64,000 nt of DNA from Mobula hypostoma (Eukaryota). The notes beneath the pieces are model-generated. The model ran no database searches. It had not been told where the DNA came from and worked only from the letters and a program-made list of their open reading frames with translations. Positions 27,768 through 38,652 of this stretch are shown here, piece after piece (positions within the stretch are counted from its first letter, which is position 1; the number at the start of each line of letters is the position of its first letter). The stretch spans positions 44,828,001 through 44,892,000 of the forward strand of contig NC_086097.1 in the NCBI RefSeq assembly GCF_963921235.1. Reading direction: 5' to 3'. The position numbers and the translations under genes were made by a program.

Positions 27768-29450
27768 TCTTTTCATCATCAGTGGGGACGGGAGAAGTTC
27801 CGGAGGATTGGAGGGTTGTGGATGTTGTTCCTTTATCCAAGAAAGGGAGTAGAGATAGCCCAGGAAATTATAGACCAGTGAGTCTTACCTCAGTGGTTGG
27901 CAAGTTGATGGAGAAGATCCTGAGAGACAGGATTTATGTACATTTGGAGAGGTATAATATGATTAGGAATAGTCAGCATGGATTTGTCAAAAGCAGGTTA
28001 TGCTTTACAAGCCTGATTGAATTTTTTTGAGGATGTGACTAAACACATTGATGAATGAAGAGCAGTAGGTGTAGTGTATATGGATTTCAGCAAGGCATTT
28101 GATAAGGTACCACATGCAAGGCTTATTGAGAAAGTAAGGAGGCATGGGATCCACGAGGACATTGCTTTGTGGATCCAGAACTGGCTTGCTCACAGAGAGC
28201 AAAGAGTGATTGTAGACGGGTCATATTCTGCATGGAGGTCGGTCACCAGTGGAGTGCCTCAGGGATCTGTTCTGGGACCCTTACTCTTTGTGATTTTTAT
28301 AAGTGACCTGGATGAGGAAGTAGAGGTAAACACGAGGAATTCTGCAGATGCTGGAAATTCAAGCAAAACACATCAGGGTTGCTGGTGGGTGCGGCGGGCT
28401 GGGCGGCATCTCTGGGAGGAGGTGCAGTCGACGTTTCGGGCCGAGACCCTTCGTCGGCTGTGCCTCTTCCTAGAGGTGCTGCCTGGCCTGCTGTGTTCAC
28501 TGGCAACTTTGATGTGTGTTGAGGAAGTGGAGGAATGGGTTAGTAAGTTTGCTGATGACACAAAGGTTGGAGGTGTTGTGGATAGTGTGGAGGGCTGTCA
28601 GAGGTTACAGCAGGACATTGATAGGTTACAAAACTGGGCTGAGAAGTGGCAGATGGAGTTCAACCCAGATAAGTGTGAAGTGGTTCATTTTGGTGGTCAA
28701 ATATGATGACAGAATATAGTATTAATGGTAAGACTCTTGGCAGTGTGGAGGATCAGAGGGATCTTGGGGTCCGAGTCCATAGGACGCTCAAAGCAGCTGC
28801 GCAGGTTGACTCTGTGGTTAAGAAGGCATACGGTGTATTGGCCTTCATCAATCGTGGAATTGAATTTAGGAGCCGAGAGGTAATGTTGCAGCTATATAGG
28901 ACCCTGGTCAGACCCCACTTGGAGTACTTTGCTCAGTTCTGATCGTCTCACTACAGGAAGGATATGGAAACCATAGAAAGGGTGCAGAGGAGATTTACAA
29001 GGGTGTTGCCTGGATTGGGGAGCATGCCTTATGAGAATATGTTGAGTGAACTTGGCCTTTTCTCCTTGGAGCAACAGAGGATGAGAGGTGACCTGATAGA
29101 TGATGAGAGGTATTGATCGTGTGGATAGTCAGAGGCTTTTTCCCAGGGCTGAAATGGTTGCCACAAGAGAACATAGGTTTAAGGTGCTGGGGAGTAGGTA
29201 CAGAGGAGATGTCAGGGGTAAGTTTTTTACTCAGAGAGTGGTGAGGGCGTGGAATGGGCTGCCGCAACGGTAGTGGAGGTGGATACAATAGGGTCTTTTA
29301 AGAGACTTTTGGATAGGTACATGGAGCTTAGAAAAATAGAGGGCTATGGGTAAGCCTAGTATTTCAAAGGTAGGGACATGTTCAGCACAATTTTGTGGGC
29401 CAAAGGGCCTGTATTGTGCTGTAAGTTTTGTATGTTTGTATGTATGTATA
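27768..29450 (+). mobile_element. CR1 LINE RT + 3' end, 5'-truncated, relatively young
   Basis: NYRPVSLTSVVGK, MDFSKAFDKV, GVPQGSVLGPLLF, SKFADDTK, RPHLEY; (tatgt)-like tail near 29430-29448. Confidence 0.93.
28327..28519. mobile_element. Penelope-derived inverted pLTR (hairpin) insertion within the CR1 RT, 14-bp TSD
   Basis: TSD tgaggaagt(a/g)gagg at 28313-28326 and 28520-28533. Left arm matches 12226-12350 and right arm matches 30718-30783. Confidence 0.9.
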
Positions 29451-30174
29451 AATTTCTAAAGCAGTGCTACTGTCATTAACTTAAAACATGTAGAATTTCT
29501 CGTCTCACTGAGGAATATTATACAATGGTGGTATGGTAATACAATAGTACTATGCAATGGCATGATGATTTCTCCAGATTGTACACAATTATGTTCAATC
29601 ATTCCCAGGTATCCCAAAATATCTGGCAGAATCTAATGTTAATATTTATATGCACTCTAAGCAATTTTGAACACATAAATAAACTCAGTGGGAATGAAGA
29701 CTAATATTTAATTGGTATGGCTTTCAATAATAATCAAATTATGTCAGTGGGTGTAGCACTTTCTAGAAATGTGAAGGAAACGTCTGAAACAACAATTAAA
29801 TTACTATGTACATTAGAACTGCCAAAACCTGTGTTGCAGTCTTATCTTGGTACATCACTCAAGGAAATAAAAATAACAACAACTGCAGATGCTGAAGTTC
29901 TGAGAGAAAAAGAGAAAATGCTTGGGGCACTTGTAGAAAGAGTAGCAATATTAATGTTGTAAATTGAAGACATATTATTAAATTCTCTGTTGAAATAGCT
30001 TTTGACCTGAAATTCTTACATCAGTTACCTGCATTAAATTCAGCAAAACAGGACACTAATACAGTCCAGGAACAGGAAAGGAAGTTCTGATGTAGGGTCC
30101 ATGACTTGAAACTTAAACTATTTTACTTTATGCAGCTGCTGTCTCACCTTCAGAGTTATTTGAACTTTTTTTTT

Positions 30175-30820
30175 ACGCTCTGTCCGCCGGAGAAAGCAGG
30201 ATCTCCCAGTGGCCACACATTTTAATTCCACGTCCCATTCCCATTCTGATATGTCAATCCACGGCCTCCTCTATTGTCAAGATGAAGCCACACTCAGGTT
30301 GGAGGAACAACACCTTATATTCCGTCTGGGTAACCTCCAACCTGATGGCATGAACACTGACTTCTCTAACTTCCGTTAATGCCCCACCTCCCCTTTGTAC
30401 CCCAACTGTTATTTATTTTTTATTATTATTAATAATTTTTTTTCTCTCTCTCCTTTTTCTCCCTCTGTCCCTCTCATTATACTCCTTGCCCATCCTCTGG
30501 GCTTCCACCCTCCCCCTTTCTTTCTCCCTAGGCCTCCCATCCATCCCATGATCCTCTCATATCCCTTTTGCCAATCACCTGTCCAGCTCCTGGCTCCATC
30601 CCTTCCCCCTCCTGTCTTCTCCTATCATTTCAGATCTCCCCTTCCCCCTCCCACTTTCAAATCTCTTACTAGCTCTTCTTTCATTTAGTCCTGACGAAGG
30701 GTCTCGGCCCGAAACATTGACTGTACCTCTTCCTAGAGATGCTGCCTGGCCTGCTGCATTCACCAGCAATTTTTATGTGTGTTGCTTGAAATTCCAGCAT
30801 CTGCAGATTTCCTCGTGTTC
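30175..30820 (+). mobile_element. Penelope-like element 3' end (GIY-YIG end + pLTR)
   Basis: Reverse complement closely matches 12225-12830; flanked on both sides by aactttttt (probable TSD). Confidence 0.88.
30687..30722 (+). ncRNA. Minimal type I hammerhead ribozyme motif in a Penelope pLTR
   Basis: agtc-CTGACGA-aggg-tctcgg-ccc-GAAA-catt-gact: CUGANGA and GAAA core boxes, short stem II, agtc/gact stem I. Minimal hammerheads are an established feature of PLE pLTRs. Confidence 0.7.
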
Positions 30821-32012
30821 AACTTTTTTGAGTTTAGTAAAGCACTCTTCCTCTCGTTCTTGATATTTATCGCTTATCTATCTATTTATTTATTTATTTT
30901 CTTTTTTCCATTTGCATTTGCATAGTTTGTTGTCTTTTGCACATTGGCTGCTTGTCTGTCTTATTAAATGCCGTGTTTCATTGATTCTATTATGTATCTT
31001 GGATTTACTGTTTATGCCCGTAAGAAAACAAATCACAGGAGTGTAGATGGTGACATATACAGTATTTATATCGATAATAAATTTAACTTGCACTTTGAAT
31101 TTTGAATAGTTAAAATTTTTCAAATACTGATTGCTACTTCACACTTAACTAATCTAAACTACTAAACAAGTTTAAGATAACAATGTTTTAACCTAAGTCT
31201 CAAACTTAGTATTCCTTGTCATGCTGAAACTTTCTGGCCAGGCAAGATCCTTCTACAAGCAGTGTTGAAGACTCAGTTTTCACATGTGAGTCATGGTTCA
31301 TTTAGAAACCTGTTCTAGTAAACATATGGTAAAACATTATGAGTTTTACAATTTTCACATTAGCTTTAGGATATAAACGTTTTTTTAAAAAAATTTAAAT
31401 TTCAGCACATAATGAAATCAAATTAGATCAGTGCTTTCTCAGATATGTTTCAAGATCTAGATTGGTGAAGTAGTATTTAAATTAATCAAAGAAAAGGTCT
31501 CTATAAATCCAGTTTGAAATTCATGAATCATTTACTTCACCCTCATCTGAACCAAGGAGCACTGTAACTATTTTTGGCCCTCATGTCACTATCAATTCTT
31601 GGTACTGAATTTGGTAATATACATGGTGAACATTCACACAAAATTGTGTCAAAAGTCAAAGTTTAAATTCTCTGAAAATATGTTAATTTTAATGATTACT
31701 GTCCATAGCAATACAATTTATTGATATTTATTGCTAATCTGATTTTCAAAATTATTTGCAACAAATGACACATGCAATTCAGCAATCAACAGGGTAACAA
31801 ATAAGATATTCACACAGAAATAATTTTGGATTCCTTTCCCCACAAAATAACACTCTATTAACCAGTAACTTATTCAACAACTAGAAAAACCAATCCCAAA
31901 TTTTCTAAACTTTACATTTATAATACAACACTTGTTTACAATATGTCAATTTCATCAATATATCTCCCTTACTCTGCTCAATTATTTTTGCTTTGTAGAA
32001 GACTTCACTTAC

Positions 32013-32165
32013 TACGTAAGGTAATTGTCATCCGACTAACCCTCCGATTATGGTCCTTCTGAGCTTGTTGAACTGACGTTTTCTGTGATAAGCTTTGTCT
32101 TTGATTTTCAATATTAACAGAACGTTTCTTTTTGAACAAGTTTGTTTCTTTCATTCTGATCACTT
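32013..32165 (-). CDS. EVL: Candidate EVL cassette exon, 153 nt, symmetric phase 1
   Basis: taag|AAGTG...CGTA|gtaagt. Open in the EVL frame: EVIRMKETNLFKKKRSVNIENQRQSLSQKTSVQQAQKDHNRRVSRMTITLR. Five retained CpGs, four in Arg codons. Weak AAG acceptor (NAGNAG). Confidence 0.5.
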
Positions 32166-32899
32166 CTTATTTAGAGTCATAAAACATGTACTACTGAAGT
32201 TGAGTCCACAAGGAACTAACTACACTGGAAGCATAAGATTAAGCATAGGCAGGAAAATCCCATGTTTAGCAGACTCCTTCTCAACTCCTCTACTTAGAGG
32301 AAAATGGCTCAGAATGGCTTCATTACAGCTAAGGATCATAAAGCTGTTTGGATATTTTAGAACAGCATCCTTCCAATCAAATTGTCAGTGACGAGAGAAG
32401 CTGACATCAATCCTTATGAGCCATATATGTATTATACAGGGCAGTTTGCAGATGGTAAGAAACTGGAGAAGGGGCTTACAAGTCAGGTCCTGTTCAAGAA
32501 GCATCAACGTCACATGTCACTTGTCAGGCTAAAATGTGGCAGAGTTCAAAAGTCAAACACTTAAATAAAGAAAATGTATGACAAATTCTTGGGTGAAAGA
32601 GAATTTAAATGTGCGTGTAGAAAAATAGACAAGAAATAATGTCATAAAGCAGCACATCCAGGACAAAGGCAACTTATTTAAACTTTTGATACATAATGCA
32701 GAACCTGTAAATATTAGGTCATTCTTACTCAAAAGAGAACATTACACCCATGCTGCTGTCAGTTATGCACTGCTGGTATTTTATGGCAAAGCTAGTTCAA
32801 CAGTATGTGTATACTGAGGGTGGAATGCTTCCTTGGAACTTTACAGTTGACAATTGTTAATTCCTGCAACAGTACAGTGATGGATAAATGGGATGGTAT

Positions 32900-33870
32900 A
32901 AGTTACAGCATGGCTAACAGAGTTTTGGAAAGTATCGAGTTCATACTCAAAATGCGTCCCAATTGCCACTTCATTACTTGACCTGCCTTGTTCCCTAAGA
33001 GGACATCCAATATTGCTCCTTCCCAAGTAGGTTCCTCTATATATTGTGAGGAAAATGTCTTGGACATACTGCAAAAGTTCCACCGTTTGTGCTCTGGGTG
33101 GCCCGGTCGATACTGAGAAAATTGAAATCTCCCACCATCACTATCCTACTCTTCTCATGCAGTTTCTTGACATATCTGCTCCTCAAGTTCCCACTGACTA
33201 TTAAGCAGGGATCTATATTATAGCCCTACCAAAGAGACCATCCCCTTCTTATTTCTGAGTTCTAGCCAAATGGCCCTGTTAGATGATCCCACAAGAATAT
33301 TGCCTCGAAACACTGCTCTAATGTTCTCCTGTGTCAAACAAAATAACACCCTCTGTACTCTTTAACATGAGATTGTGAAAATGCAGGAAATATTGAACAA
33401 CACACACAAAATGAGTTCCACCAGCACTCTGTGTGTGTGTTACCCCCTCTACTCTTACCTGTTCCTCTGACACACCTAAAGCATCGATATGCCAGAACAT
33501 TGAGTTATCAGTCCTGTCATCCTCTGAGCCACATTTGTGTTATGGCCAGAATATCCCAGTCCATAGAGACAATCCATGCCCTCAGTTCATCTACTTTCCT
33601 CTTAAGCTACATGCATTGAAAGAAATGCAATTTAAAGCAGTACTCCTAACTGCCCTTTTGACTATAATCATGGCCCTGTCTTCTCATTGACTTTGCTCTC
33701 TCGAGTCCCACCACTTTGCCAATCTAACTTAATCCCTTCCTGGTGGCAAAAGCAAATTTCCTCCCTTGGATATAGGTTATCCTCCAGTTTAAATGCAACA
33801 CATTCCTCTTGCACAGGTCACCTCTACACCAGAAGAGATCCCAATGATCTAAGAACCTGAACCTCTGTCC
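32900..33870 (-). mobile_element. Old CR1 5' region (ORF1/APE remnants)
   Basis: Reverse reads ggtgggagatttcaatttt (GDFNF); ORF 32841-33083 resembles the CR1 endonuclease region. Confidence 0.6.
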
Positions 33871-36800
33871 TCTGCAGATACTTTAATGGTTAGATTACCT
33901 GTGTTCCAATCACATAGAATCTAATTAGTGACTTTAATCATTTTGGTACTGTGCCAGGAGCAGAAATATGGTCGAAGGACCCCTTATAAGGTGATTTGAG
34001 TAACGATGTGGCACTGATTTTGTGACTCAACCACACATTCAAACACCTGGGAGTAAAAAAGAAAGTTGGAGGTAGGATTGAGCAGAACAATTAAACAAAA
34101 ACTTTTGACAGTGATAAGGAAGATTCTAAGGATAAATGGCTTTATTTAAGAAGGGAGAATGTTTCACATGCAGGCCAGCAAAGAAAGATAATCAATGAGA
34201 GTGATCTGGAAGTCAGATTCATGGACCACACAATTCCTTTAGGAAAGAAAATATATTTGTAAGATGATCAAGTGAAAACAAAATAAAACTGAAAATACTT
34301 TGCATCTTTTAATGTCTTTTAAGGGGTTGCACATTCACTGTTTAACCATCAGATGGCAGTGAATCACGACTATCAAAGGAACAGGGAAGAGTTATTAATA
34401 GAATGGGCAGAACTTCAATAGCTTGTATGGGATTAACTACTCATCATCCCTAGCTAGCTGGTTTACTTAACCACTGAAGCTGAAAAATCTGAAGTACAAA
34501 CAAGACAGCATTAGCATGAAGTGATATATTATTAATTTTTTTGTTTGAAGTAATCTTTTTATTTGCACTCTTCAGTTACAGTTTAACAATTTACTATAAT
34601 AGAATATACTGTACCTTCTCCATCGACTCTGAATATTGGAACATGCTTGGTTTCTTTCCAGATAAGAATTGAAATCTATTTTTCCTTTATAATTGATGAG
34701 AGTAGGCTGAGCATTGTAACAATGACCTTGCCCCATCTTCATGCATGCATTTTCTACATGTATGTCCAAAAATGCATATTTTGAAAATAAACAGCCTGTA
34801 ATTGACTGTGATCCTGCTGCATTGACAAAAGTCCTAAACTTCACAGCTAGGGAATGCCTCAGGAAGTACAGAAAATTGTGAGCTAACAATTATGCTTACA
34901 GCTAAGCATTGACAAAATATTTTAATTTCAGTGAACGAATATCTTTCACCTATCATTATATGCTCCTATTTTAAGATGATGAGTTGTTACTTCATAATGC
35001 TAAAATGTGTCTTAATGTCAGCTATTTGAAACTTTGATTAATTTATTTAATTGCTTACTGTTAACAACCCTAATCAAATTCTAAATTAAAATGAAGATAT
35101 ATTTTGGAATATATCTCAATTTGTTTCTATATGATATTCAGAGTGTAGATTGATGAAGAAAATAAATCATTAGTAAGGTATTACAGTAGTTCTTTTAATG
35201 GCACTTAGCGTTGTGAAGTCCCAAAAGAGTCATTGTGTATTTAAACTAGACTTGGATAAAGCCATAGGAGCAAAGCATTCTTTACTTGTCAGATCTTCAA
35301 ACAAAAACATGGATCTTGGTCTTAAATCTTAGCACAATGTTTTAGCTTAAGATGTTCTGAGATGACTGGTCCACAATTGTTCCCTTCCTTTTTGAGGAAA
35401 CACTAAATTTGAACTCAACTTTTCTCTTGTAGCTGTGAAGTATTTTCCAACTTTCAAAAAAATGTTTAAAAACTTAACTCATTTTCCTTATTAGGTAAAA
35501 TACTCCACCTTTCATGTTAAGAGCTATGTTTGAGGCAATTTGTTTCTACCTGTGACAAAATTTCTAACAAAAACTAAGTGTAAAACTGAAAGCTTTGAGA
35601 AGCAAAAGGAATCTTTACTCTCATATAAACATTTCACTTGATATAACATAGTTTGAAGTAATCCACTTTCGATATAAATATCATCTCGTAGACTGTTATT
35701 CGAGATAATGCTGCATATGGTCTTACTCAAGACATTGTGCAAATATTACTGTCATATTTTTTGAGGAAATATGCCCTACTTCATACTTTGAAGATCCACC
35801 ATGTAACTGATTTTTTTAAATTTAAAAAGTGGTTAGCCACTGGGTGCGGGGTGGTGGAATTGAATCTTGAGTTTATGTTAAAAATTGATGCACACAAACA
35901 AGTGTACGCACACAGAAAATTGTGCCAATTGAATCTTCGCATCTACTCATATTAATTGAAGTTGTAGGAACAGCATTAGTAAACTGGAAGCTAGCATTCG
36001 ATGATTTTAACAGAATTTACAATTGCAGTAATAAAAACCTTGTGAAATAAGGAGAACCAAATCAGCAAAACAAATATACCTACTTTCAAAATTCTATGCA
36101 ACTCAATGATTCTAAAAAAACAAATTTCATCAGCAATGATTTATTTCCCAGAACAATTAGTCCTATCACAACCCAACCAGTTCAAAAGATTGCTTAAGTT
36201 CGGAGAAGAAATAATGCCCATTACAAATTGGACTTAGTAATTTAAACAACTGTTCATCCTCCAAAATCAAATTAATTGCCATCATAATTTACAGTTAACT
36301 ATGGCTTTTACAAACCTTTGAGAATGCTCTCAAATTCCTTTTTTTTTAACATAAGGACACTCAGACATTTAAGATCATTTGGAATATATTTTCTCATGTG
36401 TTAATGAGGAAATGGCACCCCAATGGTTCTGTATTTTTGAATTACTGTAAATTATTCTACTCACTCATAAATTAAGCCGTTTCAAATAATCAAGCTGCAC
36501 TCAGCAATCTTAATTGTATCAAGGATTTTTTTTTACAATGAGTTAGTGAGTTAATAAAATTTAAAAAATTGTTTAAGATGCTACCCTAATTGCTTTGGCT
36601 CATGACTCATCTGATATTTGCTGAGATGCAAATACTTGTCTCACCAAGCACACTTCTGGCTACAATGTGTGTACAGATATCCAAATGTACCCAGAGTGTG
36701 AATCTTTAATGTTCTCCTTTCAATAATTCCAATGTTAAATGCACAGCTTTTACTGAATGCACGCAGCAACCAGAGACAAAGTTGAAAGCACACATGCTGA

Positions 36801-36880
36801 GGTAGCTAAAAATAGCCAGGGTTTTAAAGCTTCTGTAAGATCTGCAGTTTATACACAACAACAACAGTAGATGGCACTCA

Positions 36881-37102
<222 letters not shown>

Positions 37103-37949
37103 CTACAAACAAATACAAATTATATCTTACGAACTGCATTTGTCTTGGGATTGTAAATATGAATCTTTATTTAATTAAAATAACTGTAATAGTGAAAATT
37201 AGCACAAGTTGTAAGTTCAGCATTTGATATTCTGAAATACATTCACTCAATAGAATGGGCCAAATTACAATCATTGCAGCTGGTAGTTCCTAGTTTAGCT
37301 GCTCTTACACAAGTCCTGGACTTATGAAGGTCCACTGTAAGTCTGGAACATGCTGAGCTATTGTTGCTGGTACATACAGTAGGCTGATACTGTTTTGTGA
37401 GATGGGAGAATCTTTTCTTGGTGGGATTTATCAGTATTAAATAGAGAATCTGGCACTCAAATCATTTGTGACTGATATTGAATAACTCATTCAGTGCAAT
37501 GAAGATTTTTAGCCCGGAGATTAGGAGAAAATGGTTTTATTAATTTACTTAGTTACTTTATTTTGTGTTTTAATTGTTTTTGGTCTTGCTGGATTTTATT
37601 ATTTATAGTCATTTCAAATGCTTTCAAATAAATGGAGCATTGGAGACCATTAAAAATTCTGAAACAGCCTCACAAGTTTTGCTCCCAGATTTGCCTCCTC
37701 TTGTCAAAGGCAGCCAGGGTTTTGCAGATTTGGGAGGGTAGACTCAGCAGTTCATCACCAAGATCTACAGGCCCCGGAGACCACACTATATGTTGCTAAA
37801 TGCCACACAGTTATAATGTTCAACCCACTGCATCAGGCCCAGGTAAATTGGAACAAGCTAGATCCAGCATAATTCCAAGGCAGCATAGAGTGCATTGCAC
37901 TAAAGCATGCTTTACACTAGAGCCTAAGGTTGATTTTTTCAGCAATTCT

Positions 37950-38652
37950 TTCCGGACAATTGCTGAGACAATCTGCAGCACCCTTAACATCTTCTGGAAA
38001 ATAAGTCCGGTCAAGAATACCATCTGCTTTGTCAAAGAGGGGGAAAGACCAACAGAACACCAGAAAGCAACTGGGTTGCTCTTCACTGCACAGGACTGGA
38101 AGCTAAAAGCAGACCTGGGAGAACAGCTGCAGTTTCCTCCCCACATCACAGAGACTACATTGCGGCCCAACATTGTGTTGTAGTCCGACTCATTGAAGCA
38201 CGTTCTTACGCTTGAGCTTACCGTGCCGTGGGAAGAACGCACGGAGGAGGCCTACGAGCGGAAAAGAGCCAAGTATGAAGACCTGAAGAACAACTGCTAA
38301 AGAAGAGGCCGGAGAGCAAGGTGTTGGCCTGTGGAGGTCGGGTGTCGTGGCTTTGCAGGCCAGTCGCTCTGCAAAGTATACACTGCACTTGGAATCACGG
38401 GAGAGAGAAGAAGGAGAGCCATTTCTACCACCAGAGATGTAGCAGAGAAAGTGTCAAGATGGCTCTGGATAAAGAGGGCAGATCCGTGGGTCACTGCTAG
38501 GGCGCAGGCCGGGGTCTGTTCAACCCTGGTTGGGTTGCCTGGGCGAGGGTGTATGATGTTGAAAGACCCGAAATACCTGACGACCCCAGGTAACATCACT
38601 GATGATGTGCCCTAGCTTAGCATCATGCAGATGTTTCTATAAGAAGAAGAAG
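37950..38652 (+). mobile_element. HERO-like RLE non-LTR retrotransposon 3' fragment with (AAG)n tail
   Basis: DWKLKADLGEQLQFPPHITETTLRPNIVL*SDSLKHVLTLELTVPWEERTEEAYERKRAKY...PVEVGCRGFAGQSL...SRWLWIKR; ends aagaagaagaag. Clade assignment is from recalled motifs. Confidence 0.75.

Noticed and set aside
34572..34889. 105-aa ORF with IQ-like IQSRWRRY
   Set aside because: No recognisable family and a non-ATG start; likely a chance ORF.
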